Of a stretch of 64,000 nt of DNA, positions 25,779-36,013 are shown one piece after another. The stretch is from positions 38,883-102,882 of the IMG/VR virus record IMGVR_UViG_3300013947_000026; one strand, written 5' to 3'. Made by a program: the position numbers and the translations under genes. The DNA is from a virus (Duplodnaviria > Caudoviricetes). The notes under the pieces were generated by a model, which worked only from the letters and a program-made list of their open reading frames with translations, ran no database searches and was not told the origin of the DNA. Position 1 is the stretch's first letter. Every line of letters begins with the position of its first letter.

Positions 25779-26762
25779 TTAAGCTGCTTTGTTATTAGAT
25801 TTTGTCTTAATCTCTTTTACTTGTGTAGGTTTCTTATTTACAGGTTTAGCTGTATTTCTGAGAATCCTACGAGCTTTTCGTCCCTCAGCCTTTGAACCAT
25901 GACGGAACTCATATGTGTTCTTCTCTTTTTCCTCTTTGATAGCCTTTTTAATGCGGCGGAGGTTGTAGAAATTAATTTTATGAATCTTAGAACATTCTAC
26001 ACTATGAGGCGCGCCACCTTTTTTAGGCTTTTTTATTTTTGGCTTACTAATACTTATTCCAGCTACTTCAAATGGGTTTACTTCGTCTGCACGGTATTGG
26101 TAGAATACAGCATTTCCTATTAATTCTCGAAGCTTTTCTATAGCGCTCTTAGGAACGTCTTTAAGAAATGCGGTAGAGTTTGTAATGCATGCAGTTTTAA
26201 TGCTGCAATCTTTTACAATTTTTTCTATTTCTTTACGTTTCTTAAGAATTTTATCGTAAACTATTACAACGTTGTATTTCGTTGCTGAATCCCATTGTTT
26301 TTTAGCAGCGCTTACAACTTTGTTTGTAGTCGACTCATCTAGTCTCATTCTTTTACAACGACGCTTAATCGAAGCTATATGTCTAGCTTCTGCTGTCTTA
26401 CGACGGTTCTCTTGACGCTCATTACGCTGCTCTAGAGTTATTTTAGTAGGCTCTGAAGTCTTTATCTTCTTCGAGTCAATTAATTTATCCATAATGCTCT
26501 TTTTGCGAGCATTACGAGCCTCTACACGAGCCCTAGAAGCAGCGTATTTCTTTTCTTCGTTTGCCTTTTTGGCTTCTTTCTTAGCCGCTTTAAGCTCAGT
26601 ATTATGTTTAGCTTTTTCTTCATCAGCTTTACGACGAGCTTCAATATTTTTGATTGTATTAGCAGACTTAGACTCTTCCTTCTTAGCTGCCTCAGCCTTT
26701 GCTGGTGTATTTCCTATCTTAGCTTGAACCTTCTTAAGGTTCTTCTTATTCTTCTTACTCAT
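25779..26762 (-). CDS. Lys-rich hypothetical protein (ends KAA)
   Basis: 327-aa very basic ORF. Confidence 0.7.
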   Translation of the reverse strand: MSKKNKKNLKKVQAKIGNTPAKAEAAKKEESKSANTIKNIEARRKADEEKAKHNTELKAAKKEAKKANEEKKYAASRARVEARNARKKSIMDKLIDSKKIKTSEPTKITLEQRNERQENRRKTAEARHIASIKRRCKRMRLDESTTNKVVSAAKKQWDSATKYNVVIVYDKILKKRKEIEKIVKDCSIKTACITNSTAFLKDVPKSAIEKLRELIGNAVFYQYRADEVNPFEVAGISISKPKIKKPKKGGAPHSVECSKIHKINFYNLRRIKKAIKEEKEKNTYEFRHGSKAEGRKARRILRNTAKPVNKKPTQVKEIKTKSNNKAA

Positions 26763-26878
26763 AATTTTGATAATTAAATGTTAATAATGTTATTTTAAGG
26801 CAAGGGGTTCCTTTGTAGTTCGTGTAAGCCTCGATCTTACTCCTTTCGGCGACCCAATATGTCTCGAACTAATTATAT

Positions 26879-27427
26879 TTATACAGCTAAATCTTGCTCA
26901 AACTTATCAGCAACTATATCTGTAATCTCTATAGAAGTCTCATTGTTAAACTTCTCTAGGTTGGCGTCATACTTATTTGCTAATAATTGATGATCATGAA
27001 TTAGCTGTGCAATCTTTGCCGATGAAAATATCTCTCGTTTAGGCATTGATTTTAGACCCTTTTTTGCTTTGGTAGATGGATCAAGTGTCTTGATCATCTT
27101 AAGTTGAGCAATTGCCTCTTTAGCCTCACAAGCTGCAAAGATGCTATAATTATTTGTCTTCTTAAAATTCTCATAAGAGAATGTCGTACTACCAGTATTA
27201 AGAGCCATCAAAATACCCTTAATCATGATACGTTTCTCACTAAGTTGCATAATTTGGTTATACAAACTTTTGAGATCTAAGCCAGAACCTTGTTTTGCAG
27301 CAACAGCTTTTTTAGCCATAAGATTCTCTGCTCGAATAATTCGCCAATACTTATTAATAGTTGTATCAAGATTTTTACGAATAGTAATAATATTTGCTGA
27401 GTTCAATTTAATTGATTTCTTATTCAT
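26879..27427 (-). CDS. Hypothetical protein
   Basis: 182-aa ORF with A-rich leader. Confidence 0.7.
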   Translation of the reverse strand: MNKKSIKLNSANIITIRKNLDTTINKYWRIIRAENLMAKKAVAAKQGSGLDLKSLYNQIMQLSEKRIMIKGILMALNTGSTTFSYENFKKTNNYSIFAACEAKEAIAQLKMIKTLDPSTKAKKGLKSMPKREIFSSAKIAQLIHDHQLLANKYDANLEKFNNETSIEITDIVADKFEQDLAV

Positions 27428-27705
27428 ATAGTTTGATTAAAATTAAACAATTACTTGAATCCAGCCACTTGCCTAGTTCTATAGTTATAAATTAATATAA
27501 AAATAGATAAAGTGATCTCTTGGTAGCTAAACCCCTCGGGGCTAGACTACCTATTTCCCGCAGGAAACGTTTTAGAGATACACTTTAAAAATGATTCTTT
27601 ATTGAATCTTGTATGTATTTATATTTGTAAACAAGTTTTTCTATTCATGAATGCATATTTATCGGCGCACCGATTCCTATACCATTCCCGCAGGAATGCT
27701 TCTGT

Positions 27706-28293
27706 TTATGGATTAACTCGTTTAGCTCCTATAATTCCATATTCGACTTCAATAATAGGATCACCTATACAGTCCCTAAATGTTAGGACTTTCTTTTTAC
27801 ATCCATTGATATTGATAACAAGATTCTCTGGAATATCGTGTTCGGTATTAAGCCTTGGCCCTTGCACCCGGGACCCCTCGGGGTCCGCTCCTATACCATC
27901 TGCGATTTTTGACTTCTGAGCAACCTTGGTAGCAACATCGTTTAGACGTTCTACGACCCAGTCATAGGATTTTTCCTTAACTGCTTTCATCACGATTTCT
28001 CGTGATAATCCTTCAATAATAGCTGTTTGGTTAACACCTGTTGAAAGATTCACTAGTGCTTCCCATACCTTTAGAGCAAAATCTATAAATGATATGGTTC
28101 GCTGACAACCAATAAGGTTGTTCCACCATTGGATTTTGGTTTCACCTAAAATGATGTCCCCATTATCCTTTATGGTGTACATTTTATACTTATCAATATG
28201 ATCGAGTTTCTCGAACACAGTTGCCTTTATCTGAGGTTCTAAGAGCAACATGCCTACAAGCTTCTTGCTCTTTTCAGACAAGATAGCCTCCAT
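27706..28293 (-). CDS. Hypothetical protein
   Basis: 195-aa ORF. Confidence 0.7.
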   Translation of the reverse strand: MEAILSEKSKKLVGMLLLEPQIKATVFEKLDHIDKYKMYTIKDNGDIILGETKIQWWNNLIGCQRTISFIDFALKVWEALVNLSTGVNQTAIIEGLSREIVMKAVKEKSYDWVVERLNDVATKVAQKSKIADGIGADPEGSRVQGPRLNTEHDIPENLVININGCKKKVLTFRDCIGDPIIEVEYGIIGAKRVNP

Positions 28294-28297
28294 AGAC

Positions 28298-28909
28298 TTA
28301 TGATTCCATATGAACGTTTACAGATACATCAGCCTTTGGCTTGCTATTAGACTTCTCGTCATAATAGCTAGTTACTTGCTGCTCGTTACGACTAATTGTT
28401 GAAACAAGCTGAGCTTTAGCTTTCTCACATTCAGCTATAATCTTATCAAGGCGAGCAATCTCTGCACGGTTAAGTGCATTAAGATATACGTTCATCTTCT
28501 TAGGATCTGAGAATACCATCTTCTTCTCAGGATTTTTAATAGCCTCCTTTACTGCCTCCTCTGTTGTCTTTCCAAAAGACTCAAGGGTTGATGCAGGAAT
28601 CTCAATCTCTTGGTCTGTATCAGGATTGAGCTTGCAAACTACTTCACCAGCGATATTCTCTTTAATGCGCATGTCTGACACAGTAGTAGCAAAAATGTTG
28701 AAACGACGAGGTGATCGGTTGAGGCAAAGATCAGCATTACCGCTTTGCTTAATCTGTTCAATTACCTTTTCGTAATCAGGATTATACACTCTGGTCTGAG
28801 GGCTAAATACGTCCTGACCAAAAAGATTACCACCGATCATACTCAGTGGGGTACGATTTGCTTTAATTGTTTTTTCCACGATGTTAATATTAATATCTGC
28901 CATAATCAT
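28298..28909 (-). CDS. Hypothetical protein
   Basis: 203-aa ORF. Confidence 0.7.
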   Translation of the reverse strand: MIMADININIVEKTIKANRTPLSMIGGNLFGQDVFSPQTRVYNPDYEKVIEQIKQSGNADLCLNRSPRRFNIFATTVSDMRIKENIAGEVVCKLNPDTDQEIEIPASTLESFGKTTEEAVKEAIKNPEKKMVFSDPKKMNVYLNALNRAEIARLDKIIAECEKAKAQLVSTISRNEQQVTSYYDEKSNSKPKADVSVNVHMES

Positions 28910-28914
28910 ATCCT

Positions 28915-31030
28915 TTTTGATATCGTTATTGATTAACTAACGATATGATTTTTAAACTATGGTATATTCTTTGGCTATACCTTTGCCGTTGTTTATTGAA
29001 TAAAGCAACGCTGATACGAAGATACTCGATGCTATTTTGTTTTCATAAAGACAGTTTTACTATTGTAAACGCTTTAATAGAGACTTAGTTACACTCTTCT
29101 TATCTCAACAATAGGGAGGTAAGCTTGTAACAGGAATTGTATACGTATGATACAATTAACATTTACTGGATTCATCCAGGCCCATCGTCAAAAGCTTTGA
29201 ATGCTGTCTTGACATAATCAAATGTCATATCTATGTTTATTTTGCAGTTTTTCTGCTTATAGATTTTTCTAACTATAATGTCTCTAACTTCGTTGGCAAA
29301 ATTTCCTTTCGGACTAATGTTCGTAGAAATTAGAGATTACATCCAACAAAAAGAGATGTAGTATTTCGGTCATATTTCCCCTTATATACCATACCGAATT
29401 ATTAAACTACATGGTTGTTATTGAAGCGGATATCCTCCACTGCTAACATAGAAGCGTCTGTCAGCTAAGATTCCTCTCTGCGATACTAGCTATTGGCATA
29501 TATCCAGTGGTTGGTTATCGGAATGTCTCAGGATCAAACCCTTCACAGACTTTACGGCTTTTTATATCTTTGCTGATATTTGTAATTTTTCTATACCGGT
29601 ATTACTACCTCCTATTTATAGTGCACGAATATTGGGAATTCAACCCATACATTCCATCTTGTCACCCACTTATAACGTGATATACATATATAGAGACAGT
29701 ATATATGTATAACATGCACCAGTTGTTTTACAACGTTGATATAAGCTGCCCATCAATTTCTTGTATTGCTTTGAACCTTTGTGTTTACATATATTGTTGC
29801 GCAATATACTTTAGCATGGTTTAGCACATCGGTTGGCACTCGATTTCTCCACCTCAAGCTCGTAACTACAATATACGATTTTCTCTATGGAGTGACATCA
29901 ATTTTTATTATACATGTTATTTTTGAATACCATTAAATTTTCATAATTTATATCTAAATATGTATATTAAACTCATACATAATATACCAGCTTACTACTC
30001 TGTAGAGACTATGTAATATTGCATAATAAGACATAAATAAATTATTAGTTTAATTTCTTTCTGGATTAAGTGGAGGTCAAATGGTCTTGGCTAGACATAT
30101 CTCGAATCAACTTAAACCTTATATTTTTGCCATTTCTTGTTTTAGGATAGCTCTCCATCAATTTTCTTTGGTTATAACGGAACCATCGATCATAGCCTCA
30201 TAAGTTATTTAGTTCTTATGGGAAATATATATTTCGTAATCGCTTACCATTATTACTATATATATTGAAATAGACTTTCACCGCGGTCTTCATCCGCGTA
30301 CGATACTTATAATAAAGCTTCGATTAAGGGGTTGCCCTACCCTTGTGCTCATTTTACTTTTATATACCGCTTGAACGAGCAAAGCCTGGCGGTCAACAAT
30401 CAGGCACTTCTACCCCATCCCTGGCACCCCTTCAACGGAGTTGCACTGAATCGAACAGTAAGGTTTTGGTATAGCCAGCAAACTCATTTAGTTTACTCTG
30501 TGTGGTATTATCCCCACAGTATTGATGTTGTTTCTTCGGCCTTTATATTATCCTTGGACAGATAAAAACACTACCTACAGCTTATTGATACTACTATTTG
30601 CTTTGGAGTCCTCGGTTCTTCCAGCACCATGCACCATACCATGTATGCAATTCTGTTCACCTACTGGGGACACAAATAGTTTTTTTCTCGTGTAACGTTC
30701 GTACATATTTAGTATCATCATATGTAATTCCGATACGGTTCATTATGCTCTTCTTGAGACTTATGCGTTTTTAGATTACACAACCTCATCCTGCTTATCT
30801 CCAATACGGTTCTCATAAGTCCAGTTGTGTAATCTTAGGAGTTGATACAACGCTTCTCCTACTTGTATCTTAACGTTTCAATGTTTGATACATTTCATCC
30901 TACCTTTTGAGTAATCTCGCTCTGCAAGACAGAGTTAACATATTCTCGGATCAAGTTATTTAATTTGCACATAGGCTAATGGGACCTATTATAAGTGCTT
31001 ACCTAAGTTAAGTATATAGGGTTCTTGTGT
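28915..31030 (-). ncRNA. About 2.1-kb ORF-poor region; candidate large structured RNA or ncRNA cluster
   Basis: No credible ORF; several helices, including a 12-bp stem 30773-30784/30824-30835 with a crossing 8-bp pairing. Strand inferred from flanking genes. Confidence 0.5.
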
Positions 31031-31438
31031 TTACTTACATACCTTAGAGATGATTTGTTTATAATCATTTAACTCTCCCTTACGAATGGTATAGTTGTGA
31101 TTAATGGAGTCTGCCTTTTCTCCAGGTTCTGCAATCCACAGAAGTGGTACATACGACGTATCTGTCTTCTTGATTACAGTTTTCTTAACAACAGTCTTTA
31201 TAGGCTGTTGCTTATGATTACAAGATACAGGAACTTTTACTTTAATAGTATCATGCACTGTATCAGGATTAGCACTTTTAACATTATTGTTGAGCATATT
31301 GCTCAGTTGTGGTTGCGGAACAGTAGATGCTGCTACTGTTTGCAGATTCGATGAAATGTCAGCCTTTCCCATGCTGGCAATATTAGTACCAACAATAAGA
31401 AAAGCTATACCTAACAACGATGTAACTAAATTTTTCAT
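31031..31438 (-). CDS. Hypothetical secreted/membrane protein
   Basis: Signal-peptide-like N-terminus. Confidence 0.65.
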   Translation of the reverse strand: MKNLVTSLLGIAFLIVGTNIASMGKADISSNLQTVAASTVPQPQLSNMLNNNVKSANPDTVHDTIKVKVPVSCNHKQQPIKTVVKKTVIKKTDTSYVPLLWIAEPGEKADSINHNYTIRKGELNDYKQIISKVCK

Positions 31439-31538
31439 ACTTTGATAGTTTACTTAGTTTGTTCACTTTGCCACTTTATATCTAAAGCTTTTTTTACTCG
31501 ACCAACTAGTCGTGAACTAGCTTTCTTAATTGGCCGAA

Positions 31539-33056
31539 TTATTTTTTTTCAACCTTAGACTTGGCTTTTCCCTTTATCGCTTTCTTTTCATCCTCCTTAG
31601 CCTTCTTCTCGGCAGCTTTCTTTTCCTCTACTGCAGCAGCGTCATTTTCTGCCTTAATTTCATCATCGGTCTTAAACTCAAGATCAATAATATTGCTTTT
31701 TGCAACTCCGGCGATAGGATCTGAAGGATTACGGAACAAGTTAGAAATCACGCCAGCGTACTGTGTACAATTAGCAAGCATCGAATCTATCTTAACCTTT
31801 GCCATCATTTCTGGCACAACGTCATGATAGAATGCACGTTTAATTGAAATTACAGTTTTCTTAGCGAAGTTGTCACCATTCTTGAAGTTTTCATTCAAGT
31901 TCGATACAAAGTCAGAAGGAGCGTTAGAAATACATGCAAGTACACGTTCCGCATACTTGATATTCTTTTCTCCAGTCTCAATATGAGCCTTAACACGATC
32001 CTTCTCTGGAAGTTTATTCTCATTATCAATCAATGCACGTCCTTTAGAAAGAACTTCATCTGCAGCGATTGATACGATACACTTGATCACATTGGCAATT
32101 TCGTCATCAGAGTACTTGCATTTTCCGGTCTTCTTATCCGTACTGTGTGCATAAAGCTCACAGAATGCAGATACTGGAGATCCAGAGGCAGCGGTAACAT
32201 TGAAGAGATGAGCCCCAAGGCCATATACAAGTGTTCCGACACGACCCGTAATCTTAACAACTTTGCGAAAGATATCAGACTTAGACATATTCTTGATGGA
32301 TTCAAGTTCTGCCTTAGCATCAGCGAGAGATTTCTCTGCACTTGCCTTATAATCCTTATCCTTTGTGTTCTTCAATGTTTCCTCTGCAGAATTGACCTTT
32401 CGATTTGCTTGAATTTTTGCCCAAGCGCTGTAGAAAGATATACACTTGCTAACGCTATCCATAAGTTTGGAATCGTTATTAAGTGCTAAGAAACTAGAAA
32501 GAACCGTTTTTAACTCATCTTCATCTTTAATCTTTGTAGGATCGTAAGTTTTTCCTGCTGTTTTGTTTAAGATTTCAGCGTCTTTTGTAAGGCTTTTCTT
32601 TGTTTCCTCTGATACCTCAACAGCTACTGCTGGAATGCTTATATTTCCAGCATCTGTACTCTTGTTATCTGGAAGCAACTTTGTTTCATCAAGCTTAATA
32701 TTAAGCTCTGCACAAGCCTCCTTAAATTCAGGAAGCGCAGCCTTACGCAAGATAATGGCGAAATCACTATTACCAGAGTTAATCTCATTTGCGTAAATTG
32801 TAACCATACCAAGGAAATTGATATGATTCATCTTATCAATACTTTCTTGAGACAAACCTGTATGGTCAGCTGCGTTTGGATCAAGGAAACAACGTTCATG
32901 TATCATCTTTACAAGATCTACTTGATGATTACGATCTAGTGAGCTGTTACCAAGAGTCGTATTCATCATTGCTTCTAATGTAGACTGATTAGCCTGTGAC
33001 TCAGTTATTTGTGTATTCTTTGCAGGCTTAACCTGCGCTTTATTTTTATTAGCCAT
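31539..33056 (-). CDS. Hypothetical protein (505 aa)
   Basis: Long uninterrupted ORF. Confidence 0.8.
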   Translation of the reverse strand: MANKNKAQVKPAKNTQITESQANQSTLEAMMNTTLGNSSLDRNHQVDLVKMIHERCFLDPNAADHTGLSQESIDKMNHINFLGMVTIYANEINSGNSDFAIILRKAALPEFKEACAELNIKLDETKLLPDNKSTDAGNISIPAVAVEVSEETKKSLTKDAEILNKTAGKTYDPTKIKDEDELKTVLSSFLALNNDSKLMDSVSKCISFYSAWAKIQANRKVNSAEETLKNTKDKDYKASAEKSLADAKAELESIKNMSKSDIFRKVVKITGRVGTLVYGLGAHLFNVTAASGSPVSAFCELYAHSTDKKTGKCKYSDDEIANVIKCIVSIAADEVLSKGRALIDNENKLPEKDRVKAHIETGEKNIKYAERVLACISNAPSDFVSNLNENFKNGDNFAKKTVISIKRAFYHDVVPEMMAKVKIDSMLANCTQYAGVISNLFRNPSDPIAGVAKSNIIDLEFKTDDEIKAENDAAAVEEKKAAEKKAKEDEKKAIKGKAKSKVEKK

Positions 33057-33084
33057 TTTGATAATGTTTTAAAATTGTTTATTA

Positions 33085-33333
33085 CTATGCTGCTTTCTTA
33101 ACAGCTTTAATTAACTCAATTACTTTAGCGTGAGACATAAGTTGAATCTTTCCGTGTTCTATAACATACTCAATTCCGTAATGCTTATTAATCTTACTTT
33201 TTATAGTAAGGTCATGTTTCACGCCTTGTTGGTCCAAAAGCTTAATAAGCTTGCGTAGACCTTTTTTGTTTCCTACATGAAATATCTTTTTCATAATAGA
33301 ATGTTTTAAATTGTTTGATACTTTCCTGGACAA
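33085..33333 (-). CDS. Hypothetical basic protein (ends KKAA; TAG-TAA stop)
   Basis: 82-aa ORF. Confidence 0.55.
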   Translation of the reverse strand: MSRKVSNNLKHSIMKKIFHVGNKKGLRKLIKLLDQQGVKHDLTIKSKINKHYGIEYVIEHGKIQLMSHAKVIELIKAVKKAA

Positions 33334-33344
33334 CTAAAATAAGT

Positions 33345-33743
33345 TCAACTTGTGTCGAACATAAAATTCGTTTTTAATCCTTCAAGTTGTGGTGGTTGTG
33401 TGAGCACAGATAGATGCTCATCTTCACCAAAGTTAGTACTAGCAATTGTATCTACTTTTGCTGTGTCCTTACCTACTGGTTTTGTCTCAACAATTGTACC
33501 AGCGCCCTCTGAGGGTTCCAAAGCCTGAAATGAGCACGTTGGTGCCAGCATGGGAGCAGAAGTAGATTTAACAATACTAGTTTCACTTTTGTGATCAGTA
33601 AAGGCAGAACTGATCATTTTACAACCAGTAAAACCTGTTAAAAGGCTTACAAGAAGGATCCAGAACAACTTATTGCTTTTATTGTATCGAGCAAAACCCA
33701 ATGCGCAAGCAATAGAAGAGAGAATCATTAAAAGTGAAGTCAT
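33345..33743 (-). CDS. Membrane protein downstream of the sigma factor
   Basis: Two N-terminal hydrophobic segments. Confidence 0.6.
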   Translation of the reverse strand: MTSLLMILSSIACALGFARYNKSNKLFWILLVSLLTGFTGCKMISSAFTDHKSETSIVKSTSAPMLAPTCSFQALEPSEGAGTIVETKPVGKDTAKVDTIASTNFGEDEHLSVLTQPPQLEGLKTNFMFDTS

Positions 33744-33746
33744 TTG

Positions 33747-34304
33747 TTAAACATTTAAATTGTTTTTAATTTTCCTACGTGTGCGACTTAACGCAGCTTT
33801 TATAGTGCCTGTAGGAATTTTCAGCACTTTGCTAATTTCATCAACTGTAAGATCTTCTACATAAAACAAATTAAAAATTTTCTGTGTCTTCTCTGGTAGT
33901 TTTTTAAACTCTTTAAGAAGAGATTCGTACTCAAGAAGATTGACAAGATCTTCTTCTTCCGAAGAATTAGTTAATTCAACTGGTAGTCGGCCAGTATCTT
34001 CTCCCAATTCCATTGATTTTTCTTTTATTTTACGTAAATAATCTATAGCTGTTCTATTAGCTATAATTCTCAGCCATCCGCCAAAAGACGAATAATCTGT
34101 GAATGTCGAGAGTTTCTGATGAACTTTTAGAAATACCACATTGGTAAGGTCTTTAGCTTCATCCATGTCATTCACGTAACTAAAGAGTACGTTGTCAACG
34201 AACTCTTTGTAACGGTTAAACAGTTTATTAAACGCAAGTTCATTTCCCTTTTGCGCCTCTTTTATGGTCTCAATTTCAGATTGAGTGATACGTTGATACT
34301 CCAT
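33747..34304 (-). CDS. ECF-type sigma-70 factor
   Basis: AFNKLFNRY, AKDLTNVVFLK, FGGWLRIIANRTAIDYLRK (region 2); LTVDEISKVLKIPTGTIKAALSR (region 4). Confidence 0.92.
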   Translation of the reverse strand: MEYQRITQSEIETIKEAQKGNELAFNKLFNRYKEFVDNVLFSYVNDMDEAKDLTNVVFLKVHQKLSTFTDYSSFGGWLRIIANRTAIDYLRKIKEKSMELGEDTGRLPVELTNSSEEEDLVNLLEYESLLKEFKKLPEKTQKIFNLFYVEDLTVDEISKVLKIPTGTIKAALSRTRRKIKNNLNV

Positions 34305-34345
34305 AATAGTAGCCTAGGAAAGATCTCTCTTATCCTAGGCTTTGT

Positions 34346-34756
34346 TTAAAATGGTAGGTCTAGTGTTTTTTGTCTAAAAACACTTCCTATACTCTTGATT
34401 ACATTGTCTGTTATGATTATACGAAGATTATCAGAGGCTGTATTCATCTCAATTTTGTTAAGCATACATACAACTATTCTTTTTCTAACTTCCATAGTCT
34501 CCCATCCAATATTTTGAAAGACTATATTATGCATAACCCAATCTACTACATTTCTTAGTCTTGGATTACGACAATACTCATACAAACAATCTTCATCAAG
34601 ATTGTCACCACAACATACCAAATACGGCTCATAACAATATTTGTTTTCAAATTGTTGTTTTAACTGTTTAATTACAATTTCAATTGTCGCATCTGGTAGC
34701 TGCTTACGCATTAAAAGTTCAATGCGTTCTTTTAATTTTAAAGGGAAATACTCCAT
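34346..34756 (-). CDS. Hypothetical protein
   Basis: 136-aa ORF. Confidence 0.6.
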   Translation of the reverse strand: MEYFPLKLKERIELLMRKQLPDATIEIVIKQLKQQFENKYCYEPYLVCCGDNLDEDCLYEYCRNPRLRNVVDWVMHNIVFQNIGWETMEVRKRIVVCMLNKIEMNTASDNLRIIITDNVIKSIGSVFRQKTLDLPF

Positions 34757-34762
34757 TGATAA

Positions 34763-35260
34763 TTATTTGTTATTGAACGTTCTTTCGATGTATTTTATGA
34801 ATCCATCCAAATATTCGTCGACGTCTGCATTTCTGCGAATATAATTTTTGCAATTATCATCAAAGACGCCAGAGATTGAATAAATACACTCTATGTATTT
34901 ATAATGCTTTTGAAACCATATAACCCATGTTTGTACCCATTTCCAGAAGTTTAATTCTCCTTTTTCTAGGTTAGGATTAATACTTTCCATATTTATAGAA
35001 TTAGCAAAATTAAATTCTTGCTTTCCTTTATGTATACCAAGAGCTTTTCTTACAGACGAATTCTTTTCATCTTTTGTAGTATATATAGCTACATTCTCTT
35101 TATATACTCTTTCTATCCACCTCTCTTTAACTCTGTACTTTATTCTATTTTCTGGTTCACATTGTAAATTTACAATACGTCCAAATTCTGTACACCATTT
35201 AAGAGCGATGTTGACGACATAAGGACACCTGTCCCGGATCATCGCTTTATATCCCTTCAT
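34763..35260 (-). CDS. Hypothetical protein
   Basis: 165-aa ORF. Confidence 0.65.
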   Translation of the reverse strand: MKGYKAMIRDRCPYVVNIALKWCTEFGRIVNLQCEPENRIKYRVKERWIERVYKENVAIYTTKDEKNSSVRKALGIHKGKQEFNFANSINMESINPNLEKGELNFWKWVQTWVIWFQKHYKYIECIYSISGVFDDNCKNYIRRNADVDEYLDGFIKYIERTFNNK

Positions 35261-35339
35261 AATTAAATTGGAGAAGTGTAGAGACTCGAACTCTACTACC
35301 CCAAACCATAAGGCGACGGGCCCTTTCTTCTCTCTCCAC

Positions 35340-35545
35340 TTTGGTAGGAAACACCTAGACTTTACTTACGCTACGTGAGTATAATCTACAATGTTGTTAA
35401 CATTGCCTTTTATATTTAGTATAGTGTTTATATGTATTTATCTCCTCCGCCTGTCAAAACCAAAACACGCCCTATTTAATATTTTGTGGACGTGAGCGGA
35501 ATTGAACCGCTGTCCAAGCAGATTATTTCATACACACTTTACTTT
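35340..35545 (-). ncRNA. ssrA: Circularly permuted (two-piece) tmRNA-like gene
   Basis: Acceptor piece ...GGAC-AGCGG-UUCAAUU-CCGCU-CACGUCC-A (ends 35487) precedes coding piece GGGCGUG-UUUUGGUUUUGAC... (starts 35472). G3.U70 pair; tag ORF 35407-35366 GNVNNIVDYTHVA*. Outer boundaries approximate. Confidence 0.8.
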
Positions 35546-36013
35546 CTTTGTAAATGCTCTAATGATCAGTCAGAACATTCGATTTAAACCACTTTATTTG
35601 CGTTCTAAGGCACTTTTAAATAGCTTGTGGTTAATTACTCCATTTACTTTTTATGATGTCTTAGAACGCATTAAATCATGGTTTTAAAATACACAGTGAC
35701 CCTCATGATACTATGATACTTAGAGGACTGCGTTCAGCATTTTTGATATTACATGCAGGGTTCACAATATTGAAGTTATCTTAAAGTAATTCTCCCCGAT
35801 ACGAAGATACGCACATGTCATATTTTTTGATCTACTGCCCCTAATTATACGTGTAGGGTCACGTCATTCTTTCCCTATCATGATACTAAGATACTTAGAT
35901 AGGAATGTCAATTCATTCTTTTACTCTTTAAGTGTCCTTGCCACTCACTAGTGCATCGCTGTAATCTCTTGGAGCTTGGGCGTGATACGATGATACTTGC
36001 CCTGGAAAGAATA

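Noticed and set aside
30332-30565. 77-aa + strand ORF inside the long intergenic region
   Set aside because: TTG start, opposite to all flanking genes, and no protein-like motifs.
35700-36000. Possible CRISPR-like mini-array formed by the GATAC repeats
   Set aside because: The repeats are only about 15 nt, degenerate, spaced 84-102 nt apart and also occur singly elsewhere; no cas genes are present.
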